DNA from: Halomonas sp.
GTDB taxonomy: Bacteria > Pseudomonadota > Gammaproteobacteria > Pseudomonadales > Halomonadaceae
DNA length: 64,000 nucleotides
Assembly: GCF_029263665.1 (NCBI RefSeq)
Contig: NZ_JAJUFQ010000019.1
Coordinates: forward strand, 18,604-82,603
Reading direction: 5' to 3'
The notes beneath the pieces are model-generated. The model saw nothing but the letters and a program-made list of their open reading frames with translations. It was not told the origin of the DNA and did no database searches. The first letter of the stretch is position 1. The number at the start of each line of letters is the position of its first letter. The translations under genes and the position numbers were made by a program. Shown here in pieces: positions 10,229 through 19,625 of the stretch.

Positions 10229-10531
10229 TCAGCAGCACCTGAAATGATCGAGCGGCGAATGCTCCATGCCCATGCGCTTGTGCCAGTCGTGGAAGCGCTC
10301 CAGCAGCAGCGGCTGAAGCTCCAGGGTGTAGTAGGCCACCGGGTTGGGCATCCCCATCATCTCGGAGAATACCAACAGCATGAACAAGTCGTCCTCATCC
10401 CGCTGGGCCCGGGCGATGGCGCCACGATAGCGGACAGAATAGGTTTCTTCCGCGAAGAATCGAGCCTGGCTCAGCCAGGCTCGAACCCGTTTGAGGCGCG
10501 GATCATGCTCCTTGTCATCATCATTATGCAT
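10229..10531 (-). CDS. Small 'cory-CC-star'-type protein ending in Cys-Cys
   Basis: 100 aa; EDDLFMLLVFSEMMGMPNP...RCC; lies between CstA and ArsA-like genes, the known context of this family. Confidence 0.75.
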   Translation of the reverse strand: MHNDDDKEHDPRLKRVRAWLSQARFFAEETYSVRYRGAIARAQRDEDDLFMLLVFSEMMGMPNPVAYYTLELQPLLLERFHDWHKRMGMEHSPLDHFRCC

Positions 10532-10545
10532 TCGCTACCTCCCGC

Positions 10546-12225
10546 TCAGTCCTGCTCGGCGGCCACCTCTGCACGGGAGCGCTTGAGTGCCGCAGCGCAT
10601 TCCATGGCCACCAAGATGGCGGCAATCAGCACCACGATATCCATCAACAGCAGGAAGATATTGCCCTGCTCGTAGAAGGTCCGCAGCTGGAGCAGCAGCG
10701 CGCCGATGGTCATCACCAACAGGAAGCACAGCGGTGCCAAGGTGTACCACATAGGCCGCCGCAGACGTACCAGCATCACCGTGATCACCAACAGAGTCAG
10801 GCCCGCCAGCAACTGGTTGGTGGTACCGAACAAGGGCCAGATGATCATGCCCCCGGAACCATCAGCGCCACCAGCCCCAAAGGCCAGCAGCAGGCAACTG
10901 CCCACAGCCAGCAGAGTGGCCGGTGCCCCCTTCTTCATCCACGGCAGGTTATATATCTCGCCCCACTCCTGGAAGATATAGCGCTGCAGACGCAGGCCAG
11001 TATCCATGGTAGTGCCGGCGAACAGTGCTGCCATCACCGTAAGCAAGGTCGCTGCCGTGGCCTCAGGCATCCCCAGGCCGTTGTGGATGATGAAAGCTCC
11101 ACCTTGGACAAAGGCCGTGACGCCGCCGCTGCCGAAAGCGGTATACATCGCCTGCCAGTCGGCAACAGAGGCAAAGCCGGCGGTTGCAGCCAGAATGGCG
11201 GCCAGTGCCAGCATGCCCTCGCCCACCGCACCGAAATATCCAACAAAACGGGCATCCGTCTCGCGATTCAACTGCTTGGAAGTGGTGCCTGAGGAAACCA
11301 GTCCATGGAAGCCCGAAATGGCGCCACAAGCGATGGTCACGAACAACAGTGGCAACAGCGAAGGGGTGCCAGGCGGTACGTCGGTATTGAAGGCTGGCGC
11401 CACCAGAGTGGGGTTGAGCAGCACCACGGCACCGTAGAGCACAATCAGGCCGATAAACAACTGCAGGCCATTGATGTAGTCACGGGGCTGCAACAACATC
11501 CACACCGGCAGCAACGAGGCAATGGCAGCATAACCGAACAGCAACAGAATCCAGGTAGCGTTGCCGGAAAGGCCAGGCATCACCTCGGTCGGCATCTGAA
11601 TCGGCACGGAGGGTCCGACCCAGATCAGTGCATAGAGGACAATGACCCCCAGCACCGAGACGACAGGCAGGCTGAGAATACGCCGATAGATCAATTGGCC
11701 AATGATCAGGGCTACCAGAATGGCGCCCCACACCGGAACCACGGCGCTGGAGAATTTCATCATCAACCCGGCGATGACCACCGCGAACACCGCGTTGACC
11801 ATCAGCAGAACCAGGAAGATGACAATCATGAATATGCTACGGGCACGCTTTCCTACCACATCGCCGGTCAATGCCCCCACCGACTTGGCCCTATTGCGCA
11901 CACTGGCCCAGATGGCACCGGAGTCATGCACCCCGGCAAAGAAGATCGTGCCTAGCACCACCCACAAAAAGGCTGGCAACCAGCCCCAGATCACCGCAAT
12001 GGCAGGTCCGACGATAGGTGCCGCCCCGGCCACAGAAGTGAAATGGTGGCCCCACAGAATAAAGCGGTTGGTCGGCACGAAGTCGATACCGTCTTCATAT
12101 TCATGGGCAGGTGTCTTGTAGTCGGGATCGAGTCGATAGATCTTCTCGGCGATGAACTTCGAGTACACCAGGTACCCTGCCGCCATTGCGGCAAGACCCA
12201 GGACCAGCAGAACGATGGCGCTCAT
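10546..12225 (-). CDS. cstA: Carbon starvation protein A family transporter
   Basis: WGHHFTSVAGAAPIVGP, GAISGFH and WPLFGTTNQLLA motifs; GGAGG RBS before ATG 12225. Confidence 0.9.
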   Translation of the reverse strand: MSAIVLLVLGLAAMAAGYLVYSKFIAEKIYRLDPDYKTPAHEYEDGIDFVPTNRFILWGHHFTSVAGAAPIVGPAIAVIWGWLPAFLWVVLGTIFFAGVHDSGAIWASVRNRAKSVGALTGDVVGKRARSIFMIVIFLVLLMVNAVFAVVIAGLMMKFSSAVVPVWGAILVALIIGQLIYRRILSLPVVSVLGVIVLYALIWVGPSVPIQMPTEVMPGLSGNATWILLLFGYAAIASLLPVWMLLQPRDYINGLQLFIGLIVLYGAVVLLNPTLVAPAFNTDVPPGTPSLLPLLFVTIACGAISGFHGLVSSGTTSKQLNRETDARFVGYFGAVGEGMLALAAILAATAGFASVADWQAMYTAFGSGGVTAFVQGGAFIIHNGLGMPEATAATLLTVMAALFAGTTMDTGLRLQRYIFQEWGEIYNLPWMKKGAPATLLAVGSCLLLAFGAGGADGSGGMIIWPLFGTTNQLLAGLTLLVITVMLVRLRRPMWYTLAPLCFLLVMTIGALLLQLRTFYEQGNIFLLLMDIVVLIAAILVAMECAAALKRSRAEVAAEQD

Positions 12226-12483
12226 TCGACCCTCCATTATTGTTGTGGCAAGACCAGTCTGTCATGAATATAGCGATAGTGTTGTCACCATGGGGTACAA
12301 CTATAGTCATGCTAACTATCATCATGATGCATACAGATCTTGCCTTTATTGGAAGATCATTCCTTTATTTGCTGAATGAACTCCGTCTCTCCTCCCTCTA
12401 GTTGTAGGACATGGGAAGGCTGTAGGACATGAAAGCCTGTAGGCCGCACTATGCAGGACCTTGGAATATGACCAACAAACTTA

Positions 12484-13056
12484 TCAGCCCTCCTTTGGCT
12501 CATTGCTGCTGACGGCTTCACGGTACGCGGCGAGATCAAGGAACGCTTCAGCTCGGGTCACCACGCCCTTTTTCATCCAGAAGATCCACACAAACTCATT
12601 GCGGTAAGGTGCCCCGGAAGTTGTCGTTGCACTGCCATCGAAGCGCACGATGACAACGTCTCCTTCCGCCCAGATCGCGTGTACTTCAGGCACGACCGGG
12701 GTCTGGAGCCGACGCACCAACGGTGCCGATGCACGCGACACGAAATCCTTCCTGCCGTTGTAGGTACCCGCGACCGGATCCGAACCGTGAATTGTCCAGA
12801 CGACATCATCTGCGAGAAGGTCATTGAAGACACTTTCCCCATTGGCCCATGCCTCGAACGCCCGTCGGACAATGTCACGATTACGCTCGGCTTCCGCTTG
12901 CTTGTCCGCTTCCGGGGAAACCACTTCCTGTCCGCTTGGCTGGGACAGTGCCGGTGCCACAGTCAGAAGCGGCATACCCCAGGCGACGGCATAGATGAAA
13001 GCAAGCCGATAGAGTGGACGAGGCTTGTGCACAAACAAAAGCGCTCTACTGTTCAT
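12484..13056 (-). CDS. SnoaL/NTF2-like protein with probable signal peptide
   Basis: VRRAFEAW, LLADDVVWTIHG and AEAFLD motifs; hydrophobic N-terminus. Confidence 0.75.
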   Translation of the reverse strand: MNSRALLFVHKPRPLYRLAFIYAVAWGMPLLTVAPALSQPSGQEVVSPEADKQAEAERNRDIVRRAFEAWANGESVFNDLLADDVVWTIHGSDPVAGTYNGRKDFVSRASAPLVRRLQTPVVPEVHAIWAEGDVVIVRFDGSATTTSGAPYRNEFVWIFWMKKGVVTRAEAFLDLAAYREAVSSNEPKEG

Positions 13057-13493
13057 TGCTCCGTCTCCTCTCGGTGCATGATCATTCCTGCATGGTGCAG
13101 CACGCCGTTGATGAAGGTTCCGTCGGCGGTGAACCCTGTGTCGTCCCAGTACTCAATATCATTTCCCATGATTTCGTAGCGGCCCTGATAGGCCTTTTCT
13201 CGCGTTCCACGCGCCTCGACATAACGACCATTGGCAAGCAACTGATGGCGGATATAACCATCCTTGGTGACCCACATGCCGACATAGGAATGGCTTTGTG
13301 CATTGCTTTCGATAGGTTCCCGATAGTGTTTCATTTGAGCGAGACTCCTTTGTCGAGAGACGTCTGTATCAGAGTGCTGAGCAAACCTTTCAGCCTGAGA
13401 AGAGGCAGAAAATGAAGCCATTCCCAGCGCCAGCACAACAGCAATCGTTGGCAAAATAGACCGGAAAGCGGACCTGGATTGATGAGTGCACAT
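13053..13493 (-). CDS. Atu4866-domain protein, probably exported
   Basis: YVGMWVT.DGYIRHQLL.NGRY.EARG...AYQGRY..WDDTGFTADG pattern; signal-peptide-like N-terminus. Confidence 0.75.
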   Translation of the reverse strand: MCTHQSRSAFRSILPTIAVVLALGMASFSASSQAERFAQHSDTDVSRQRSLAQMKHYREPIESNAQSHSYVGMWVTKDGYIRHQLLANGRYVEARGTREKAYQGRYEIMGNDIEYWDDTGFTADGTFINGVLHHAGMIMHREETEQ

Positions 13494-13503
13494 GACCCAT
13501 CTC

Positions 13504-14223
13504 CTACATCGCGGCGGTAGGGCGAACCACGATCTCGTTCACGTCAACATCCTCTGGCTGTTCGATCGTATAGCGGACCGCCCTGGCGATCGCATCCGGC
13601 TGCAAGGCAATGGCCCGGTATGTCATCATGGCCTTGGCGGCAACCGGGTCAGTGATCGTGGACGCCAGCTCACTCTCGACCACTCCGGGATGGATACAAG
13701 TGACGCGGAGCTTGTCATTTTCCTGCCTCAGCCCGTCCGAAATTGCCCGTACGGCATACTTCGTCGCGCAGTAGACAGCCGCCGTCGGCACGACACTCAA
13801 GGCTCCGACAGAAGCGATATTGATAATGTGTCCTGCTTCTCGTGCGGTCATTTCAGGTAGAACCGCGGCAATACCATGCAATACACCCTTGATGTTGACG
13901 TCGACCATCTGCTCCCACTCGTCGGTCTTCATCGAACTCATGAGGGACAGCGGCATGATGCCTGCGTTGTTGATGAGTACATCGACACGCCCCCAAGCTG
14001 CCCGGGCTGCATCGGCAAATGCGCGGACACTATCGCGATTCGTCACATCGAGATAGCGAGTCAACACCTCGCCGCCGCTCGCCTCGATCTCTGCGGCAAT
14101 GCTCTCGAGTCGATCCACGCGCCGGGCACCCAGCATGATCTTTGCTCCGCTACCGCCAAGTTCACGCGCGATTCCTGCGCCGATACCACTGGATGCCCCC
14201 GTAATAAGAATGACCTTGTCCAT
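13504..14223 (-). CDS. SDR-family oxidoreductase
   Basis: TGASSGIG, NNAG and YCATK catalytic motif. Confidence 0.9.
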   Translation of the reverse strand: MDKVILITGASSGIGAGIARELGGSGAKIMLGARRVDRLESIAAEIEASGGEVLTRYLDVTNRDSVRAFADAARAAWGRVDVLINNAGIMPLSLMSSMKTDEWEQMVDVNIKGVLHGIAAVLPEMTAREAGHIINIASVGALSVVPTAAVYCATKYAVRAISDGLRQENDKLRVTCIHPGVVESELASTITDPVAAKAMMTYRAIALQPDAIARAVRYTIEQPEDVDVNEIVVRPTAAM

Positions 14224-14322
14224 GCTGTACTCCATTGTTGGGTGACGTGGACAAGAGTGGACTTTTACGCCTGTCGTCGGTATCTATCACTCACTGGACT
14301 CAATGGTTAGCAGCACTGGACA

Positions 14323-15210
14323 ATGAAAATCGACATGAACCTTCTGCCGCTGTTTCTCGCCGTCGCAGAAGAAGACAACTTTCGCGCAGCCGCTGATCGG
14401 CTTGGCGTGACTCGATCGGCCGTCAGTCAAGGGGTGCGGCGCCTGGAGGACACCTTCGGTACGGCTCTCGTCATTCGCACGACACGATCAGTGCACCTGA
14501 CCGAGGCCGGGGAGCGCCTGCGCGAAGCTCTGTCACAGCCGATATCAGACATCACAACAGCGCTCGATCAAGTGGCAGCAGAGGATGAGCCGCGCGGACT
14601 CCTGCGAGTAGCCGTTACCTCCATCGCTGAGCGATTCCTGTCCGGCCCGCTCATCGCGAGCTTTGCCCAGACATATCCCAGAGTGACGATAGACGTCACT
14701 GTCACGGACGAGGAGTTCGACATCGTGGCTGCCGGGTTCGATGCCGGTGTCAGGCTGGGAGAAGTCATTGAACAGGACATGATCGCAGTACCGCTGACAG
14801 GCAACCAACGCGAAATGGCGGTCGCAGCCCCTTCCTATCTCACGACTCATGGAGCTCCAGCACATCCACGTGACTTGGTGCATCATCGCTGTATCGGCTG
14901 GCGACCGGCTCCGAACGTTGCCCCTCACCGCTGGGAGTTCGAAGAAAACGGAGTTCCCTTCGATGTCGCTGTCGAGCCACAAATCACTACCAATGACCTG
15001 CGTTTCATGCTTCGTTCCGCGCTGTGCGGGGCAGGGATCACCTTCGCGACGGAAGATACCTTCCAGCCCTATGTGGAAACCGGCCAACTCGTTCCACTGC
15101 TGCAGGACTTCCTGCCGCCATTCCCCGGCTTCTTCCTCTACTTTCCACAGCGCCACAATATGTCACCCAAGCTCCGAGCACTGATCGATCATGTCCGGCA
15201 GTGGCAATAA
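14323..15210 (+). CDS. LysR-family regulator
   Basis: NFRAAADRLGVTRSAVSQGVRRLE HTH; divergent from the SDR operon. Confidence 0.9.
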   Translation: MKIDMNLLPLFLAVAEEDNFRAAADRLGVTRSAVSQGVRRLEDTFGTALVIRTTRSVHLTEAGERLREALSQPISDITTALDQVAAEDEPRGLLRVAVTSIAERFLSGPLIASFAQTYPRVTIDVTVTDEEFDIVAAGFDAGVRLGEVIEQDMIAVPLTGNQREMAVAAPSYLTTHGAPAHPRDLVHHRCIGWRPAPNVAPHRWEFEENGVPFDVAVEPQITTNDLRFMLRSALCGAGITFATEDTFQPYVETGQLVPLLQDFLPPFPGFFLYFPQRHNMSPKLRALIDHVRQWQ

Positions 15211-15314
15211 GCCACCGAGGTTTTCGATTCGCTCTCCGCGACAGATATCTTCGCCACCGTTCGGAATGAGTCCCCTGGTCGAGGATAGGGCACGGTAGAG
15301 ATCCCTCTTACCAA

Positions 15315-16202
15315 CTACAGCGATATCCCCTGCAAGTGACGCTTCGCGGCTTCAATAAAAGCACGTACGTTCGGGTGATTCTTGCGCCCACTTTGAAACA
15401 GCAATGAAATGGGGAGAGCGGGTGCCGCATCATCGGTCAGGAGTCGTTCGAGTCGGCCTGCCGCGACATGATCGGCGATTTGATAAGACAGCGTCCGAAC
15501 CACACCGAGCCCGGCGACCGCAGCGGAAACGGCTGCATCCACATTATTGACTGACAGACGTGCGGGGTGCCCGGAACGTCGGGCATCGTCGAGCCCCCAC
15601 CCACGATGCGGCCCGGCCTCGTCCTCGATTCGAATCAGGTCATGATGGCGCAGGTCGGACAGAGACATCGGCCTGCCACGAGCCGCAAGGTAGTCCGGGC
15701 TTGCGCTCAACACACGCTGAACCTGACCCACTCGCAGCATGTGGAGCGAACTGTCGGGCAGATCAGCGATACGAATGGCGATATCAATGCCTTCCTCGAC
15801 CAGGCGGACCACCCGATCCAGCAACAGAAGCCTGACCTGAAGATCGGGGTACAGCCGTAACAACTCGACCACCACAGGCAGAACGTGCAACCGGCCAAAC
15901 ATGACCGGAGCCGTTACCGTCAGTGTTCCGCGTGGCGTCGACTGCCCACCCTGAACGATGTCGACTGCCGCATCGATCTCGGCAACGCCTGCCCGACACC
16001 GTTCCAGAAACAGCGCACCTTCTTCCGTCAGCCGCACACTGCGTGTCGTGCGCATCAAAAGCTGAACGCCAAGACTCGCTTCCAGCGCCGCAATCGTCCG
16101 AGTCACCGTTGTCGGCGACATCTTCAGCCGTCGCCCCGCTTCAGCGAAACTTGCATGCTCCGCCACACAGATGAAAGTTCTCAGTGTTCGCAGCCTGTCC
16201 AT
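15315..16202 (-). CDS. LysR-family regulator
   Basis: SFAEAGRRLKMSPTTVTRTIAALE HTH; divergent from the GST gene. Confidence 0.9.
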   Translation of the reverse strand: MDRLRTLRTFICVAEHASFAEAGRRLKMSPTTVTRTIAALEASLGVQLLMRTTRSVRLTEEGALFLERCRAGVAEIDAAVDIVQGGQSTPRGTLTVTAPVMFGRLHVLPVVVELLRLYPDLQVRLLLLDRVVRLVEEGIDIAIRIADLPDSSLHMLRVGQVQRVLSASPDYLAARGRPMSLSDLRHHDLIRIEDEAGPHRGWGLDDARRSGHPARLSVNNVDAAVSAAVAGLGVVRTLSYQIADHVAAGRLERLLTDDAAPALPISLLFQSGRKNHPNVRAFIEAAKRHLQGISL

Positions 16203-16351
16203 CGCCCTCTCTCTATTTTTATTTCCCTATTTCTCCTCTGCCTTCAAAGATTATTGTCAGAAATCGCAATAATGAAATGCAAATTTGACGGATTGTCGCG
16301 TTTTGGAACGAGGGACAGAATGAAGACATTGTTGCCAAGAGGATAATCACC

Positions 16352-16966
16352 GTGAAGCTCTACTATTACCCACTGTCCGGACATGCGCACCGCGCCGCCC
16401 TTTTTCTCTCCATCACGGGTATCGACCATGAGCTGATCGAAGTCGATCTGCCAGCCGGTGCCCACAAGCAACCAGACTTCCTCGCGCTCAACGCATTCGG
16501 CGAGGTTCCGGTGCTTGACGATAACGGCACCATCATCGCGGACTCACTTGCGATCCTTGTCTATATCGCGAGGAAAATCGGTCCCTCCCACTGGTTACCC
16601 ACGGACCCGGCCGAGGAGGCCCAGGTACAGCGTTGGCTCTCGGTTGCAGCGGGAAAAATCGCCTATGGCGTCTGCGCCGCTCGGCTCATCACTGTATTTG
16701 GTGCGCCTTTCAACGCTGACGAAGTGATCGAGCGCGCGCACGCCACACTCGCTGTCATGGAGCGGACGCTGGCAGACCACCAGTGGATCGCCGGAACTCA
16801 AGAGCCCAGCATCGCTGACATCGCACTGTATAGCTATGTCGAGCGGGCGCCGGAGGGGAATGTCGACCTGTCTGGATATCCAAGAATCCAGGCTTGGCTG
16901 CGCCAGATCGAGGGTCTCCCCGGCTTTATTCCCTTCCAGCGGACCCGTGCCGGTCTCGAAGCCTGA
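16352..16966 (+). CDS. Glutathione S-transferase
   Basis: [19 protein letters not shown] and [10 protein letters not shown] motifs. Confidence 0.9.
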   Translation: MKLYYYPLSGHAHRAALFLSITGIDHELIEVDLPAGAHKQPDFLALNAFGEVPVLDDNGTIIADSLAILVYIARKIGPSHWLPTDPAEEAQVQRWLSVAAGKIAYGVCAARLITVFGAPFNADEVIERAHATLAVMERTLADHQWIAGTQEPSIADIALYSYVERAPEGNVDLSGYPRIQAWLRQIEGLPGFIPFQRTRAGLEA

Positions 16967-16985
16967 ATCGATCTCTTTTTGTCAG

Positions 16986-17071
16986 GAGTCATCAACCTAT
17001 CAAGAGCCAGCAACGTATCAAGAGCCATCAACGTATCAAGAGCCATCAACCTATCGGGAGACATCAACATG
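16986..17071 (+). repeat. Imperfect 18-bp tandem repeat (~4.7 copies) ending in the RBS and ATG of the VOC gene
   Basis: Units GAGTCATCAACCTATCAA / GAGCCAGCAACGTATCAA / GAGCCATCAACGTATCAA / GAGCCATCAACCTATCGG / GAGACATCAACATG. Confidence 0.9.
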
Positions 17072-17479
17072 CGTTTTGACACACTACGTCTCGATCATGT
17101 CGGCATCCGCGTCACGGATCTTGCGGTAGCAGAGGACTTTTACGCCAAGCTGGGCTTCTCGCGCGATCCCGAGGAGTTCTCTCCAGAGGCCAAGGCCTGT
17201 GGGCTGGTACATCCCACGGGTCTGCGAATTCACTTGATCTACAACGGCCAATCCGCCGAGGAAGGCAACGTGCTGCTTGATGCGCCGATCAAACGGCCCG
17301 GCTACACGCACGCCGCCTTTATCGTCGACAACATGGACGAATTGGTGGAGTGGCTGGCGCGCGAAGGCATCGACATCAGCGAAGGGCCGGTCATGATGGG
17401 CCACGGCCGCCGTAACGTCTGCTTTATCCGTGATCCCGACCTGAATGTCCTGGAATTCAATGAGATATTGGTGCACTAG
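17069..17479 (+). CDS. VOC/glyoxalase family protein
   Basis: LDHVGIRV, HAAFIVD and FIRDPDLNVLEF motifs; GGAG before ATG 17069. Confidence 0.85.
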   Translation: MRFDTLRLDHVGIRVTDLAVAEDFYAKLGFSRDPEEFSPEAKACGLVHPTGLRIHLIYNGQSAEEGNVLLDAPIKRPGYTHAAFIVDNMDELVEWLAREGIDISEGPVMMGHGRRNVCFIRDPDLNVLEFNEILVH

Positions 17480-17582
17480 GGTGATGGACCGTGGACAACG
17501 ACTGTTCCTTTTCCGTTTGCTGGCTGAAGGAACAGTCGTCGCTGAAAAAGGCGATTTCTTATCTGCGCCCCCCTCTCCCCCT

Positions 17583-18611
17583 CTATATCCCACTTGCTGG
17601 CTCTCGCAAGAAGGCGATGATGGCGTCGAAGGCCTGCCAGCGGCCGGGCTCCATCAGGATCATATGAGTGCCGCTGCCGATCTCGACCCAACGTCGATAG
17701 CTAGCGTTGCCAAGACGCGAGAACAGATCCTGTATCATGTCGAGTCGCACATCCTGGTCCCACTCGGCATGCACCAGCAGTACCGGAGCGGTGATGGTAC
17801 CCGGGTCATAGAGTGGACGACCGCAAAGCCAATGTTCACGGGTATCCTGGATGGCCCCGCCGGGAGCTCGAATGGTGCCCGGTTCGGGAGCCCCCAGATC
17901 GGTGGCATTGGTCACTACAGCCCACTGTTCGAACCAGCCTGATGGCAACAGGGCCTCGTGCTGTTCTGTCGGCACCCCCGTCAACCATGCCTCACGGAAG
18001 GCATCGACACGCACGGAACGCCAAGCCGTCAGCGGCTGTCCTGCATCGATGCGCAATGGTCGACTCGACAGCCATAACGGTGCTACCAGCACCAGTTTTT
18101 CGATGTGCTCGCCATGCTGACTGGCATAGATCCCCGCAACCGAGCCCCCCCAGGACATGGCCACGAGATTGAGGCGCTCGATGGCATTTTCGTCAAGCAC
18201 GTATTCAACTGCCGAAGCCAGATCTCGCGCTGCGACCCGAGCCGGTGTCAGTGGCGGGTTGGCATCGTATGGGGCTGACATCTCGCTCGGTCGGGTCGAG
18301 CCGCCGTAGCCCCGGGCATCTACTGCCCATACGTCAAATCCGGCCATGGCCAACACGTCCATGAACGAAGCACCATCCACAGGAACGTCGAACAGGCTCT
18401 CGCTGGGAAAGGTGGCACCGTGCATCAGCAGCAGCGTGTTGCGCGAGCTCGGCTCGTGCATATCGGAACGGCGTCTCCGGCGTAGCTGCAACTGGATACC
18501 GGAAGTATCACTGTCAATAAGATATGTATCGCGACGTACTTCATCTCGACCTGGTTCATCTCGACCTGGTTCATGTCGACCTAGTACATCCCTCGAGGCA
18601 CCAATGTTCAT
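17583..18611 (-). CDS. Alpha/beta-fold hydrolase
   Basis: MHGATF, DARGYGGS, AMSWGG nucleophile elbow and GTHMILME; ATGA overlap with the upstream MBL gene. Confidence 0.85.
   Translation of the reverse strand: MNIGASRDVLGRHEPGRDEPGRDEVRRDTYLIDSDTSGIQLQLRRRRRSDMHEPSSRNTLLLMHGATFPSESLFDVPVDGASFMDVLAMAGFDVWAVDARGYGGSTRPSEMSAPYDANPPLTPARVAARDLASAVEYVLDENAIERLNLVAMSWGGSVAGIYASQHGEHIEKLVLVAPLWLSSRPLRIDAGQPLTAWRSVRVDAFREAWLTGVPTEQHEALLPSGWFEQWAVVTNATDLGAPEPGTIRAPGGAIQDTREHWLCGRPLYDPGTITAPVLLVHAEWDQDVRLDMIQDLFSRLGNASYRRWVEIGSGTHMILMEPGRWQAFDAIIAFLREPASGI
18540..18584. repeat. 15-bp coding tandem repeat (3 copies)
   Basis: TTCATCTCGACCTGG x2 plus TTCATGTCGACCTAG; encodes the (R-D/H-E-P-G)n stretch at the hydrolase N-terminus. 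Confidence 0.85.
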
Positions 18612-19552
18612 GCTTGGACTCCCTGAACGAACTGCCAATCGAAACCCTGTGCATGTCGGCTGACCCTGCCGACGGAGCTGTCGCCGAAGTGTGTGGTAAA
18701 GACCAGGGCATCGAGCTCGACGGCTTGACGCATGGCCTTGTCACGGGATTGCCTTGCTGCCTGCGCGAACTCGCAATACACCGAGTTGACCTCGGGATAT
18801 CGGAACTGCAATGGGTGGTGCATGATGTCGCCCCAAAACAGCGCCGTCTGGCCTTGGGAGGTCAAGGAGATGGAGGCATGGTCAATGCTGTGCCCAGGGG
18901 TGGAATGGAAGCGGAAGCCCTCAATCTCGGTATCGTCGATATCGATTCGCTGATCCAGCCCAGCCTCCACGATAGGCAGGACACTATCTTCAAAGACGCC
19001 GCCAATCGGCTCGTGCCCCGGCTCACCAAGCCCTGCCTGCCGCAGGATTGGTGTTACCGCCTCGCGTTCCTGGGAAAGCGCCCGGTTATACGCGTATTCA
19101 CGTTCGGAAAAGACATAGCGAGCATTGGGGAAGGTCGCTACCCACCTCCCACCCTGTAGCGTGGTGTTCCAGCCAACATGATCGGCATGAATATGGGTCA
19201 ACAGCACCAGATCCACCCTCTCGGGCGAGATACCGATCGCCTTCAGTCGTTCCAGAAAGGGTTGATCGAGCTGATGGAACAACGGTGCCGTTGGGCGCTG
19301 CTTGTCATTACCAGTGGCCGTATCGATCAACACGGTGTGCGTCGGCGTCTGGACCACCCAGGCGTGGATGCTCTGGCGCAGCAAGCCATGATCGGCGTCG
19401 AAGCTTCGCTCGCCCCAATGCATGGCGGCGCGGGCCAGCGCCTGGGAATCGCCTTGCGGGAATAACTGCTCGGTCTCGACAGTATCCAGGGAAAGTTCCG
19501 GCACCTTGGTGATCAAGGCATTGCCGACACGAAACGTTGTCAGAGGCGTCAT
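18608..19552 (-). CDS. Metallo-beta-lactamase-fold hydrolase (lactonase-like)
   Basis: THIHADHVGWN (HxHxDH), TPGHS and GDIMHH motifs. Confidence 0.9.
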   Translation of the reverse strand: MTPLTTFRVGNALITKVPELSLDTVETEQLFPQGDSQALARAAMHWGERSFDADHGLLRQSIHAWVVQTPTHTVLIDTATGNDKQRPTAPLFHQLDQPFLERLKAIGISPERVDLVLLTHIHADHVGWNTTLQGGRWVATFPNARYVFSEREYAYNRALSQEREAVTPILRQAGLGEPGHEPIGGVFEDSVLPIVEAGLDQRIDIDDTEIEGFRFHSTPGHSIDHASISLTSQGQTALFWGDIMHHPLQFRYPEVNSVYCEFAQAARQSRDKAMRQAVELDALVFTTHFGDSSVGRVSRHAQGFDWQFVQGVQA

Positions 19553-19625
19553 GAGGTTTTCCTGTTGACTGATGACAGCAGCCAGGGTATCCCTGTCATT
19601 CCCATTAGAAAAATCGATTCAAAGA

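Noticed and set aside
16979-17068. 30-aa repeat-encoded N-terminal extension of the VOC protein (ORF-track start 16979)
   Set aside because: The start is a TTG without a clear RBS; ATG 17069 has GGAG and gives a normal-length VOC domain.
16986-17071. Tandem repeats here and at 18540, 47289, 51573 and 55126 as possible CRISPR arrays
   Set aside because: Units are contiguous 15-20-mers with no unique spacers, and no cas genes are present.
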